Below are positions 14,450-26,864 of a stretch of 64,000 bases of DNA, piece by piece. Positions within the stretch are counted from its first letter, which is position 1. Every line of letters starts with the position of its first letter. Position numbers and translations under genes: made by a program. Origin of the DNA: Glaucostegus cemiculus (Eukaryota). The stretch spans positions 9,734,001 to 9,798,000 of the forward strand of contig CDPCPM010000281.1 of assembly GCA_976551045.1 (NCBI GenBank). The letters are read 5' to 3'. Under the pieces are notes generated by a model. That model ran no database searches, was not told where the DNA came from, and saw only the letters and a list, made by a program, of their open reading frames with translations.

Positions 14450-15460
14450 TGTTCTGCAGATGAAAATTGGCTTGACTGACAATAGAACAACATTGTATTA
14501 ATTTCAGGGATCATGACGCCTGCTTGGGAAATTTAACTCCTAATTTTTTTGGTGGGATTTTAATTTGTTTTCTTTATTCATTGTTTGAAATTAGGTGTTG
14601 GTTGCAAGACCAGTATTTATTGCCCATTTGCAATTGCCTTTTAACTGGAAGAAAGCCATTGCATCTTGTTTGACTCACCAATCCTTTCCCCTTATTCCTG
14701 AATCTTTCTTTCTCTTCCAAGTATTTTTCCACTTTCTTTTTGAAAGTTATTAATAAGTTCATATTTGTCATCCTGTTATTCCAAATCTTAACTATTCATT
14801 CCATTAGCAAAATGTTATTCCTTCCATTGCATCTGATTCATTCCCCATTCATCTTGAATTCATGCCCTTTCATTGTCAACTCTTAAGTTGTTATAAGCAG
14901 TTCTTCATTATTCTATCGAAATCCCTTATGATTTTAAATACCTCTATCGCATTTCCTCACCATTTTCTAAGTGCAACCCCAGTTTCTCCAGTTTGTAACT
15001 TTAATCCCAATCTAGTCACTTCCCTTTGTTCTCTCTCCAAAGCCTTCATATCCTTCTTAAGAGCGGTGGCCAGAATTGAACAAAAGCTCTGGCTGAAGCC
15101 AACCTAGTGTTTTACATTGCCACAATATTCTGCTTTGTGACTACAATAAATCTGAAATAAAAACATGAAATACTGGGAACATTCAGTGATCAGGCAAGGT
15201 CTCTAGAGAGAGAAACAAAGTTAGGTACCTAGTAATTCTTTTGCACAACTCCAAAGAAAAAGTGTTCTGCAGATGAAAATTGGCTTAACTAAGAATAGAA
15301 CACCATTGTATTAATTTCAGGGATCATGGTGCCTGCTTGGGAAACTTGACTCCTAATTTTTTTGGTGGGATTTTAATTTGTTTTCTTTATTCATTGTTTG
15401 GAATTAGGTGTCGGTTGCAAGACCAGTATTTATTGCCCATCTGCAATTGCCTTTTAACTG
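14450..15460. repeat. 198-bp direct duplication (14450-14647 and 15263-15460) around a 615-bp spacer
   Basis: Hand alignment is ungapped with about 11 mismatches in 198 bp. Confidence 0.9.
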
Positions 15461-15861
15461 ACTGGTTACTATGCCATTTCAGGGGGTGTTTATGAGTTAT
15501 CTACAGTGGTTGGTTTGGAGTTACACATTAGCCTGACTGGCTAAAGATGTTCTGAAGAACATTAGTGAAGTAGAGATCTTTCGTGTAGGCTTAGCATAAC
15601 TGAACCATTTGAGAGGACAGACCTTTCACCTAATATTGTCAAGAGAAAGCCCTCTGTCAGCCTTGCCACTGCTTCATACTGTCCTCCAAAAATGAAGGTT
15701 CAAGGCAAGGCTCTGGAAAATGTGGACCACTGAGTATCTTAGAAGCCACCTCTTAATGGTGGTGATTAAAGTCACCATCGCCTTCAAAGTACCAGCACAG
15801 TTTATGGTTCTTTGAGGAAACTGATGTTTGAAGATTAAAACTTCAAACCTACACAAAACTC

Positions 15862-16272
15862 ATAGTCAAAGTCGAGTTTATTGTCATATGCACAAGTACA
15901 TGTATGCAAAGATGCAGTGAAAATCTTACTTTCAGCAGTTTTACAGTACAGGCACACAGCATCATATAAGTGGCATTCACAAGAATAACATACATTAAAA
16001 ATTATGCACAATTTTTGACAAGAAAGTAACACAATTAGAAGAAAACAAAAGTCCATTTTAGTGCAAAGTGACCAGAGCGGTCATACTGTTGCTAAACAGT
16101 AGTGGTGGTTAGAGTTTTGGCACTTGGTTCAACAACTGAATGGTTGAAGGAAAGTAGCCGTTCCTGAACCTGGTGGCGTGGGACTTGAGGCTTCTGTACC
16201 TCCTGCCCGGTGGTAGCTGTGAGAAGATGGAATGGCCCGGATGGTAGGGATCTTTGATGATGGATGTTGATG
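15862..16272 (-). mobile_element. Rex1/Babar-like LINE 3' fragment
   Basis: The reverse strand encodes SIIKDPYHPGHSIFSQLPPGRRYRSLK..TRFRNGYFPSTIQLLN. Tail gacaataaactcgactttgact. Confidence 0.75.
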
Positions 16273-16354
16273 ATAGTCCATTGAGCAGCAGAGATCCCTG
16301 ACCCCCCCCTCCCCACGTGCTTCTGAGACCTGGATTAATTACAGCAGGCTCTCA

Positions 16355-17065
16355 GTTGAAAGATACCACCAGTGCAGGCTCCGCAAAATCATCCAAATCC
16401 ACTGGAAGGAGAAGGGAACAAGCATCAGTGACATCGCCAAAGTCAACACCACCAATGAGAGCCTTGTTATACTCGGTCAGTGCTGATGGGTAGGCCATGT
16501 CATTCATGTGCCCAATACCAGATTCCCAAAATAGTTAGACCAATAAACAATCTTCTGGAGGAATTCAGCAGGTCAATTAAGATCTGTGAATGTTGACAAT
16601 TCCTTTCCCCCCACAGATGCTGCCCGACTTGCTGAGTTCCTCCAGCGGATTGTGTGTTGCTCTAGATTCCAGCATCTGCAGTCTCTTGTGTCCCAAAATA
16701 GTTACTTTATTCCACTCCCCATCCCAGGAACAGATGATAATGTGGACAGAAGAAAAGCTTCAAGGATGTGCTCAGAGCCTTTTTGAAGTTGCAACAAGCC
16801 CACTGTCTCCTGGGCATCTCTGGCTTATGACAGTTCAAAGTGGAGATGGAGCATTTGGGATTTTATTGAGAGCCTTGAGTCTACACGTCAGGAGCAGACA
16901 GGAGCCCAACGTAAAGGGCAAAAGGAACGCATCACCTCACAACCTATGCACCAGCCTGCCCCATCAGTAGAAGAGACTGTGGTTCTCACCTTGGCCTCGT
17001 GAGTCATCCAGAACCTATACAACTGGAGTGGGTATAAGTCTTCATACTGAGAGACTGTCTATGAA
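16355..17065 (+). mobile_element. Degraded RTE-like LINE 3' fragment, interrupted by a Penelope-derived inverted-repeat element (about 16545-16695)
   Basis: Remnants of RKIIQIHWK and WVGHVIHVPNTRFPK. The insert has arms ctggaggaattcagcaggtc and gacttgctgagttcctccag. Confidence 0.55.
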
Positions 17066-18629
17066 GAAGCATAACTGTCAGCCTATTTTCCTCTTATGCC
17101 TTGATCTGTAAAGCCCCAAATTCCATTAATGGTTTTGTTAAAACTTATTCGTGCGTGTCCCTTTGTCAGGGCAGTGTGATTATGAGATCATGGCATTTGG
17201 CTGTGGAGGAAGAGATAGCACCATGATAATGCAACACAAATGCACTCCATTGCTGCACAAATAAGGCACTTCATGGTTCACAATTGGTAATGATGGCTTG
17301 GGAGGACATGATGTGGAACAAACCACATATGTGTCAGCCTTCAGAGATGGGTTTGACTATGGTAAAGCTGAACATTGGCACAGAAAGGTGAAAGTCCAGA
17401 AGTCTGTCTGCTGTAGGCGAGCACAAAACCAATATTTGTAGAAATCAGAGTTGGGAGGTTGCCAGTGCCCCACTGAAGTACTTACTTGATACGAAATCTG
17501 GTTTGCAGCCACATCCTGGAGGACAGTATTTAAACACCGGAGGTATTTAACACCACAGCAGAACAGACTTTTCATTCTTTAACTTCCTGTTATGAAATGA
17601 AGCACCTCAACCATGTGGTCAACTGAAGATTTAATGTCGGATCCTTGTATTTGATCTAAAACTGAGCCAGGAATCTAAACATTTTTTTTTCAACCATTGT
17701 TTATCTAACATTGAAAAAGTAGCAGTCAGACCAGTTTATTTTTCTACCTGGACTTAAACTCGCCCAAGATATTTTGGTCCAAGTCTGTGCACGTTGCACT
17801 TTGCATTCCAACTGGAAAGGCCAAAGGAGCTTTTCCATGCTTTGAAACATCTGTTCAACCCAGTTTTGCTTTGTTAACTACACAGTTGCAAGGCATTTTT
17901 ACGCACTGTTGCTTGGAAAGTGTCCAAGCTATTGTGTGGTGACTTTTGCAATATCCTCTCCGATCTTTTGCTACTTTCTTGACCAACAAAAGGAAATACT
18001 TCTGGAGGTGAAGTTTACTCCAAGAATAAAGTCCCCACATTTGTGTTAATTAACATGACTGGAGTTATCTCGTGTTCCAGAAGCAGTGGGTACTCTGTAG
18101 GTATAGCCAGCAAGGACAGGTTAGGTTTTAAATGTCATTTCTCCAACCAATCTGAGTTGTTCTGCCTCTAAGTGGGATAAAATAATGAGTAGCAGCTTCA
18201 AATAGGAAATAGGCTGATGATGAGCAGTAGTGATGAGTACATTAGACAGGCAACCACCAAAGGCGGTGTAGTATCTTTATAGATGTACCAACTAAGATAT
18301 TTATATTTGCAGAGGCCTCTAAAGTATTTCTAAGCAATTCTCTTAGATGCACACAACACAGGGAATAAGACTAATGAGCAAAGAAAATGACTTACAAAAC
18401 ACTGATGTCTTTTTTTTCCTGCAGATGTATGCTTGATTTTAGGCATTCTTTGACAGCACTAAGTACTTCTTGGTCAGGCATATCATGAGTCATGCAGAAT
18501 ACTGCACCATCCAGTTGATTCTAAATAGTATTCCAATGATTCTCCAATATTGTAGTCAAAAGGAACATTTCCTTTCAGAGCACTCATAGGTACACTGGAT
18601 ACAATGGACCTCCTTGTTACTGAGTTGTT

Positions 18630-19290
18630 TGCACTCTTGCCACTGAATTCATAGGTCATGAGTGTAGTTCCCACTCCAAGGACTGTACATGCTCCAGTGC
18701 AGTGCTGAGGGGTTGCTGCACTGTCAAAGGTGACTTTGTTTTGGTGGGATATTAATCTTTTTTTAATAAGATCTTTATTAGTCACATGTACATTGAAACA
18801 CACAGTGAAATACATCTTTTGCGTAGTGATTTTTGGGGGGCAGCCCGCAAGAGTCGTCATGCTTCTGGCGCCAACATAGCATGCCCATAACTTCCTAACC
18901 TGTAGGTCTTTGGAATGTGTGAGGAAACCGGAGCATACGGAGGAAACCCACACAGACATGGGGAGAACATACAAACTCCTTACAGACAGTAGCCGGATTT
19001 GAACCCAGGACACTGGCACTGTAAAGCGTTGTGCTAGCCACTATGCTACCATGCCATCCATCTGAGATCCCATCTGCTCTTTCAGTTGAACTTGAAAGAA
19101 CACAAACAGGAGAGTTCTCCCTGGTATCTTGGCCCATACTTGTTGCTCAATGAACATCATTGAAAATAGAATATAAGGTTTGTGGGAGGTAACTATGCAT
19201 AAATGTCTCCAACATTACAACACTTCAAAAGCAAAGGGGCTTCGAGACAATCTGAAATCAGGAAAACACTGTGTAAATACAAGTCTGTCA
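18630..19290 (+). mobile_element. Deu-SINE-like element split by a V-SINE insertion
   Basis: 5' half ctccagtgcagtgctgagggg...gatattaa resumes after 19059 as tctgagatcccatctgct...ggagagttctccctggtatcttggcc. Confidence 0.6.
18759..19059 (-). mobile_element. V-SINE with a non-CR1 (Rex1-like) tail
   Basis: Reverse strand: ggatggcatggtagcatagtgg...gggttcaaatcc...V core...tttcactgtgtgtttcaatgtacatgtgactaataaa. A tail-only relative lies at about 53725-53830. Confidence 0.85.
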
Positions 19291-20029
19291 TATGGTCTCT
19301 TAAGTGAACTTGTTTGTCACTTTGTGGTCGTTTTTTTACTGAAGACTATGAGACCTAGAAAGCTAGGTTGAGAAAATCTAAACCAACTCTTGTGGCGTTA
19401 ATGAGAGGTAACTTTAAGACCATTTAGTATGGGTTGGATATGAACCTTTTACAGCATTATACTGTTTCACTTTAAGAACAATACTAAAATGTTCTCTCAA
19501 AATAACAGTGAAGAAATCCAAATAAAATTGTATGGTGGGTTCACTAACGTTAGCCAGTCACCACGAGTATTTGTACACTTTGGTTATAGAGAGTGAGTCA
19601 AGTGACTGTCTGTTGACTGCATTGGTTAATGTTTATTTTTAGAGTTAACTGTGCTGGTTTATGTTGGCCAAGGCTTTGGTTGAACCTTTGTGGATTGAAG
19701 AATGTGAGATATTTGTACTTTTAGTATGAAAGACTTGTGAAGGAAAGCATGTTAACCATGTTTATATTGACAGACTGGCTCATAAATACTGTGGTTGGAT
19801 CGTAAAAATATTGCATATTGATAGGAGCTGGCACCATGAATCTCTTTGCATTCCAGCTTGACTGAATGCTGAATTGAGGAATACCATGTGGGAGGTTTTC
19901 CCCACTCGTTAATGTTATTTGCTAATTTCATGCTTTCTCTTCCGCCTCCCAAGCATTTTAATTCCTCATGATTTATAAAGTGGAAACATCCTCTGTTAAC
20001 CCAATAGCCATGATTAACGTGAGTATGAA

Positions 20030-20752
20030 AGACCACTTTAACGTTTGCTGGTTCATTCTTTCACCTCTACCAATCACTCCACTTCTCACAGAACTTTTCA
20101 TGCAACTGAGGGTGAATCAACATCTGCCCTTTTATCCCTTTTTCATCACCCAGGGCCCTAAACATCCTTTCCTGGTGAAGCAGCAATTCACTTGCACTTT
20201 TCTTCAACTTAGTATGTTGCATTCAGTGTGTACAATATGGTGTCTTCTGCATTGGAGAAACCAATTGCAGATCAATTGACTGCTTTGCAGTGTACTTCAG
20301 TTCAGTCCACAAGGTTGACCCTGCGCTTCAAGTTGTCTGCCTCTTTAATTCTTCATCTCATTCCCTCTCTTGATCTATCTTCCAAGCCATCCTACACTGC
20401 TCCAGTAATGCCCAATGTAAGCCTAAGGAGCACTTCATGTTTCATCTGAATGCATTACAGTCTTCAAATCTAACAATTCCAGGAAATTTGTGGCTTGACT
20501 TCCATATTTCATCTAGTTTCCTCATTTCTTTTCTGCCTGTAATTGCCTATTTTTAAAGAAATTGTTACCTTGATAACTCTACACCTATCACTGACATTGC
20601 CTCACAATTGTCACTCCACCCATCTGCTTCCTGCAACTTCAAACGTGGTTCCTTTCTCACTTTTCCAGTTTTGACAAAGAACCATTGATGTGAAACATTA
20701 ACTCTGCCTTTCTCTCCATTTCAGGTTTCCAACATCTGCTGTTTTGTTGCTT
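20030..20752 (+). mobile_element. Penelope-like element 3' fragment with decayed GIY-YIG endonuclease
   Basis: GPKHPFLVKQQFTCT, then frameshifted LV-C-QC-Q-GVFCIGET (GIY-YIG-type). A terminal segment follows with a decayed hammerhead motif at about 20667-20704. Confidence 0.7.
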
Positions 20753-23700
20753 CATTAAGCATTACTGGCAGTGCTGCTGTCAGGAACCTCACTTGACCCT
20801 CTGCTCTCCCCACTGCTGTGAGCTGTTTGCTGGGAACCTGGTTGCGATTCCCTGGTCCGCCCAATATCGGCCCATGCAGGCAGCCTCTGAACATTGCCTT
20901 GATGGCTCACTGCACACCAAACCTTGCAGTGATGAGGTGGCCATTCCCTTGCTGTGGGAGTATTAGCGGAGGGCGTAGGTTCACGCCAGGTTCCTGGTAC
21001 AGCAGCATACAGCCTAAGCAGATGTCTTTTTATAAAATTCAGAGGCATATGTACCTGACTCCAGGACCAAGCTTGCTATAACAAATCAAAGCAGGGTAGG
21101 ACTAACAGTGTAATTCATTACTGTTTGAGGTGCAGAGACTTCGACCCTTTCCTTTATCATTCCATACTGCATTTTTTCATAAATGGAGGGATTTGCAAGA
21201 ATTACTTGGAAAGTGGACCCCTCAATGACCAACTTTACATTTAAACTATGCTTAAAAAATGTTTTACACATGTTTTGAAGTGTTCGTACCCAGTTCTGGC
21301 AGAAGTCCCATGATATGGGGAATTGGACTGAGCACTTACTTTCACAATTCATCGTAGTACTGGTGTCACTTACCCACTGTATTTCTCACAGGTCCTAAGC
21401 CTATCAAGTGCACAGCACCATTGACTACAATTATTGACTGAAATTGGATCAAAGTGCAGCAAGGAACGCATCACATTGAAAGTGAATCATGTGTGGTTTA
21501 GCGAGTCTCTGCTGGGACATTGTTTTCATATTTTATAAATCCTGCCCCTGCTACCCCCAGTCATTTCAATGGATTATAAGTCTCTTTGTCAGGAGTCATG
21601 AGCACTGATATTTTTGGTCCACGGTTGCCTAGAGCTATGTCCCAATGCTGCCCCTGTCCACAGTGCTTGGGACCGCCAATAACAGAGTGAAATTTACCCT
21701 CTCCATGGGTCAGGTGTGGCTGCCAAGGAGGAATTTCTTCAACCATGCCTCCCAGAAGGCAGCAGGGCAGAGGAAACAGTAGCTTGTTGCATCTGCCATC
21801 TATTGCCATGCAAGTCAACATTCAATGCTTCTTAAAGGGTGAAAACCACAATAAGACTTCCTAAAGCAGGATGTCCAATTTCTTGATTTCTTTTTAGTGA
21901 CCCCTCCCCCCCTCCAACCCCCAGTATAGAGTTATGGCAAACACAGAGCTCAGTTAGCACCCCAAAAATCAAATTTCTAGACAAAGGTACATCCATGCAC
22001 TCTAATCCCTCATTCCTCTGCCAAAGGAAGGGATTGTTCTTCATGCCTGGACACCACCCCAAAGCGGAATAGACATTGCCTCCTACTGGAGAAAAGCAGC
22101 ATTTCTCTGATGGAATAAAATGGGTTATCCCGCACTGCAGCAATTCTGCCACTTATTGGCTCATATCGTTGCTTTCCCTGTAGCCCAAGCTGTTTAGACA
22201 GCTGCAAACGTTGATTTGCTCTGCTGCGTAATGTGCCATTAACCAACCAAAGGGGCACTTTATTGAGAATGAAAGTAAAGGCCTTCTTAACATAAGGCTA
22301 ATTTGCATATTTTGCCTTCAGAGTCAGAAAGCTGACAAATTGATTCTTTGGGGATATTAAATGTGCATTATATTTATTCAAATGAACCCTTTTGGGATAC
22401 TAAGTACGCATTACATGTCATTTTCTAACCCTTGAGGCCTAATTAAGTTGAGCATGCGATGCATTACTTCATAATTTTAGAATAACTTGTTTTAAAAGTT
22501 TGTCACTCTAGCTTAGGGGTAACACAAATGGCAAATAAGATAGCTTTAGTGTTATATTTAACAGGTCTGTCACTACCAATTGCTTCTGTAGTTGCATTTC
22601 ATCAGTAGAGAAAATGTACTTGTGATAAGAACTTAATATATGTTGTCAGAATATTACCAATGATTGCCAATTGCATATCTGGCACCATTCAATACTGACA
22701 TTGCCCATACACGATTCAGCTGATTCTTTATCTTTTATCTCTGGAGGAACACATTCTCTGGTCACGAAAGTTTCAAGAATTTTCCCCAAGTTTTCCAACT
22801 TCAAGTTCCTAGTCCATGTTTTGGAACAAGAAATTCATGCGGGAAGTTCTGGGAAAACAAACGTAACTTTGAAGCTGCAGCCTACTTTATTGAATCAGTG
22901 ACTGGAGAATTAATCCTAAAATTAGCAAAATGATCTGCAAAGCAAATATCAGAACACAACCCACGTGTGACCAGTTCTTGGAGATTTGGTCAACTTTGGC
23001 GAAGCGCAGAGCATTAAGGTGTAATAAGAAAAATTGTAATTCAAAGAGAGAACACCAAAGGCAATTTTACTAACTGTGGGATTGTTCCACCTGGTAACAA
23101 TGTCAGCTATTAAGAAATTCCTTCAATGGGAATGCAGAGCTCAGAGCAGCTCATGAGATTTCCTACAACATGGAGTTTATGTGAATGCATTCCTCATCTG
23201 GAAGGTTGTGTGAGTGGTGGCACCCCCAAACGTTTTCCTCACCCATATTTTGGAACGACAATTTTCAGGAAGTTAGGTCTACGGATAGACATAACTTTAT
23301 TACTTTTCAGTTTTTCCATTGTCTGTTGATATTTTACAATGTTTTTTTTATAAATCTCTTCCCCTTTATTAAGGGCATTAACCCTCTTCTGGGTATGATT
23401 CCACAGATTATAAATTTAGACTTGATGGATATCAAGACCTGTATGGTTTAACTACTCCCTGCCTGAGAGCCATTGAACCGTTAGGTGAAGTGCCACTTAG
23501 TATTAAACAATATTCCTGTTGAAGTAATGAATATTCATCTCAATACTGTCTTAAATTTAGCATAGACCAAACATTTTCAATGTTGATTTAAACATTGCTA
23601 GCATGCAAGTAGTTTGCCAGATTGCTCAATCAGATAATCTGCAGAGGAAATAAGAAAGAAAAATCTGGAATAATGTACAAGTAAAATAAACTTGTAAAAT

Positions 23701-24553
23701 AAAGGTTAGATCAAAGACTGTTCTTTGTTGCTGTTTTGTTTTAGGACTATATGCTTGCAAATTTCACTGGCTGATCCCATGATAAGAATTGGCCAATGAT
23801 ATTTACAACCATGCAAGCCCAGAGGGCAACTTAGTGGTGTCTGCTTGACACATTCCAAACGGCAAAGTCTGTGAGCATCTAATTTTGTTAGCATGGACTG
23901 CGGGCCATTGGTCTTCAGGACTTGGCTGCTGATGTCATGTTAGTCCCAAGTAACAAGGATTTTTCTGTGATCGTGAAGGTGGAAGCTGTTCAGCCTCTGC
24001 ACTGGCTTTGAGCTGTGACCCAACTTTCATGTCCATCATGTGTGAAAGGCCCAAGCTTGAATAGGTGGTTAGCTTGTTGCTCCAGACATGTGCAGTTAAC
24101 TTTTCAAAGGTAGGAGGGGATTTTCTGATGTGCTTGTCATTGTCCGGTTTTACTGTGTCGGTAGCATTTTGATATAGGTGTTCAGAGCTTGTTGCTATTG
24201 GACACCCTTCTTTTTTGCTGCATGTCCTTCAGCTCAGCGAATCAGAGGTCGATTGCTGTTTTCAACTCTAGGAACACTGTGACCAATGGGAGAAAAGCAG
24301 AGGAGAGAGAATGCATTTTTGTTACACTTCCACTGAGAACAAAGACTTTTTTCATAAATTCAACCAATCATTTTAATTTTCCTTTAGTTTTTTTACATTT
24401 TGATTACTACATTGCTTTCAAATACCATAAAAGTGGTATTTGAAAGCAATGTAGGTCATACCCGCATGTGCATACCTTCATTCATCAGGTTTTATTGTAA
24501 AGAGTTAATTGAAAAGATACATCTTATCTATGTTCTTTCTGTTCTCTCCACAG

Positions 24554-25256
24554 TTACTGACTTCAGTGTCAGTGCACTAACAACAAATGACACCCGAGAA
24601 GCAAGAGGACCGAATGTCCCCAAGATATCAGGGTTAGAACGAAGTCAGGAGAAAAGCCAGGAAGGTTCCAAAGACCAGCTGCTCGTGCTTGCCGTAGCTA
24701 AGGAGCCTGCTCCCCAGGCTCAGAACCCACCTCAACCCCAGTCCCTGTCCCTGTCCCAAACCCAGTCCCTGTCCCAAACCCAACCCCAATCCCAATCCCA
24801 AATAAAACTGTGCACTCCACTTCCTGTGCAGAACCAGCTGACACAGATTCCACCCCATTCACAGCCAAAGGCTCCACCACCATCCCAGGCTCAAGCCCAA
24901 ACCCAATCACAACCCCTCCCTCCGTCCCAGCCCCTCCTTCCATCCCAGCCTCTCCCTCCATCCCAGCCCCTCCTTCCGTCCCAGCCCCTCCTTCCGTCCC
25001 AATCTGTACCTGTCCCTCAAACCCAGCCCCAGGCCCAGCCCCAACCCCAACCCCAATCCATATCTCAGCCCCCAAATCAAGTCCAGGCTCAAACACCCCA
25101 GCACCAGCCTCAAACTCCTCAGCATCAGCCTCACCCTCAGCCACCATCTCCTGCTCAGCCAGTTCTTCAAACTCAGCTTCCATCTCGGCCAACATCTCGT
25201 AGCCTCCCACAATCTCTCTCTGTCTACAGCAGCAGTCTAAGCCTGAATAGCATAAG
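24554..25256 (+). CDS. AUTS2: AUTS2 coding exon (human exon 7 equivalent), 703 nt, Pro/Gln-rich
   Basis: Acceptor ttctctccacag|TT, donor AG|gtaaga. Encodes GPNVPKISGLERSQEKSQ...SLSVYSSSLSLNSI, matching AUTS2 GPIVPKISGLERSQEKSQ...LSAYNSSSLSLNSL. Phase 1 in, phase 2 out. Confidence 0.95.
24913..25002 (+). repeat. Coding 18-bp tandem repeat x5, (PL[P/L]PSQ)5
   Basis: Five consecutive cccctccYtccRtcccag-type units inside exon 7. Confidence 0.92.
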
Positions 25257-26864
25257 GTAAGAACTTGAAATTGTTTTTAGCACTTTGTATGTGCTCTGAA
25301 GATACTGAAACTCCCCTGAAAAGCTGTAACAACCAAATGTACTGATTTCCAACTTTGACTCACTTTATACTCAGTTTGGTTGAAATGAATGAATGAATTC
25401 AGCAGTATGTGCTGTGTGAATATTCCAGTGTGAGGTAGTCACATTTGATATGATCGTACATGTTGCACAAGTGAGGAAAATGTTACTCCAAATATAAATT
25501 TTGTACGATATAAAAATATTGACATGAACAGTGATGAAAACAGAAAGCTGTCTCAAAAACAGGCAGCGGTAACTAGGACTAGTGCATATTGGATACCAAA
25601 TGCATAATTTGTAGTGCTCGATGAATACTTCCCCAGTCTCCTCAAATGAGACAATGCTGTCATTATATTAAGGAGATGTGTGAAGTATTGGAAGGAATAT
25701 ATATATTGAAGAGATATTTGAAAGGTGCTTTTGAAAATAAATAAACCATCAGTCTTGCATGAAACACCCCCCAGATTGTTTAAAAAAATAAGGAAGGAAC
25801 TATCAGAGGCTCTGACCATCATCTTTCAATCCTGTCCAGCTACAAGCAAGGTACTGAGCAGAAATACTCAGCAGGTCAGGCAGCATCCGTGGAGGGGGAA
25901 ACAGAGGTAATGTTTTCGGATGGGTGACATTTCACCAGAAGCTTTCATCAATACATCTGTTCAACAGAGCGGGTTTTTATTTCACTTGTGGAGCTCTGTG
26001 AGGCTCCATGCTGGGTCCCTTACTTTGGGAAATAACTTATTCTTAAGTGTTGTGGATTTACCCTTAGATTCATGGATGATAGAAAATTTGGCCAGACTAG
26101 AAGTTTGTTCAACCATTTCCTCCGCAAAAATGGTGCTGTGCTTTTGAAAAGCAAGTTAACCTGAAGTCTAGCAATTTTGCCACATTTTGGTGTGCCTGTC
26201 ATTCATCAGCTTACTGCCTGGTGGGATTTTCATTCTCCCAAGCACTTTTAACAGTGTAAAACTCCAGAGAAACATGCAAAATTCATCTGCAGTCTCACTG
26301 GTCTGAAAAATTACTTCTCTTATTTACTCAGAGAATAGCCGAGTTTTACAGGCCCCATTTCCCTGAACCTGCTATTTAAAGAGGCAGCACTCAAAATTGT
26401 ATTTTGTTTTAAACCAAGATCCCTATCTTCTTTGACCTCAAATACAACTTCACACATGTGCCTAGACTGTTTTGCCTAAGGAGATAAAGACAACGGTAGT
26501 GATCACCTTCCAAGCCTCAGGTTCATTCCAGGTTTCTGCTGCTTGTTTCTACCCCAACTCACTGCCACATTGAAAGTCATCCATACTTCATCTACCTTTC
26601 CTTCAGCCTATGGGCACAGATGCATTGACACAGACACTTAGCTGCTACACAGGCTTCCCCAAAGTGCAGACAGTCAGATATAGCATTCATGTCCTTACTG
26701 AATTCTTCCTAGCAACTTCCTGCCTGGAATATCTCTGTGGCCTTAGTCAAAAAGAATATGATTTTGTACACTTTTCTACCAGCCTGTCCAAATCTCCGTG
26801 AATCCCTTCCCTCAGTACAGCATCCGTTCATTAAGTGACGTCACTTCCAGTAACTGGAAGAGTA

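Noticed and set aside
18400-18478. Strong acceptor ttttttttcctgcag in intron 6
   Set aside because: Only a weak downstream donor and an in-frame stop; probably a decoy site.
24400-24553. N-terminal extension of the 286-aa ORF
   Set aside because: It lies upstream of a clear acceptor at 24553 and has no AUTS2 similarity; intronic read-through. The same applies to the ORF extensions around exons 8, 9, 11, 14 and 15.
1-24553. AUTS2 exons 5 and 6
   Set aside because: I searched by eye for CDSDSDQEEK and ASSEKLFNT-like coding sequence and found none; they are presumably upstream of the window.
24634-25212. Overlapping alternative-frame and antisense ORFs (Gly/Glu-rich and Pro/Ala/Ser-rich)
   Set aside because: Expected by-products of the stop-poor Pro/Gln repeat in exon 7.
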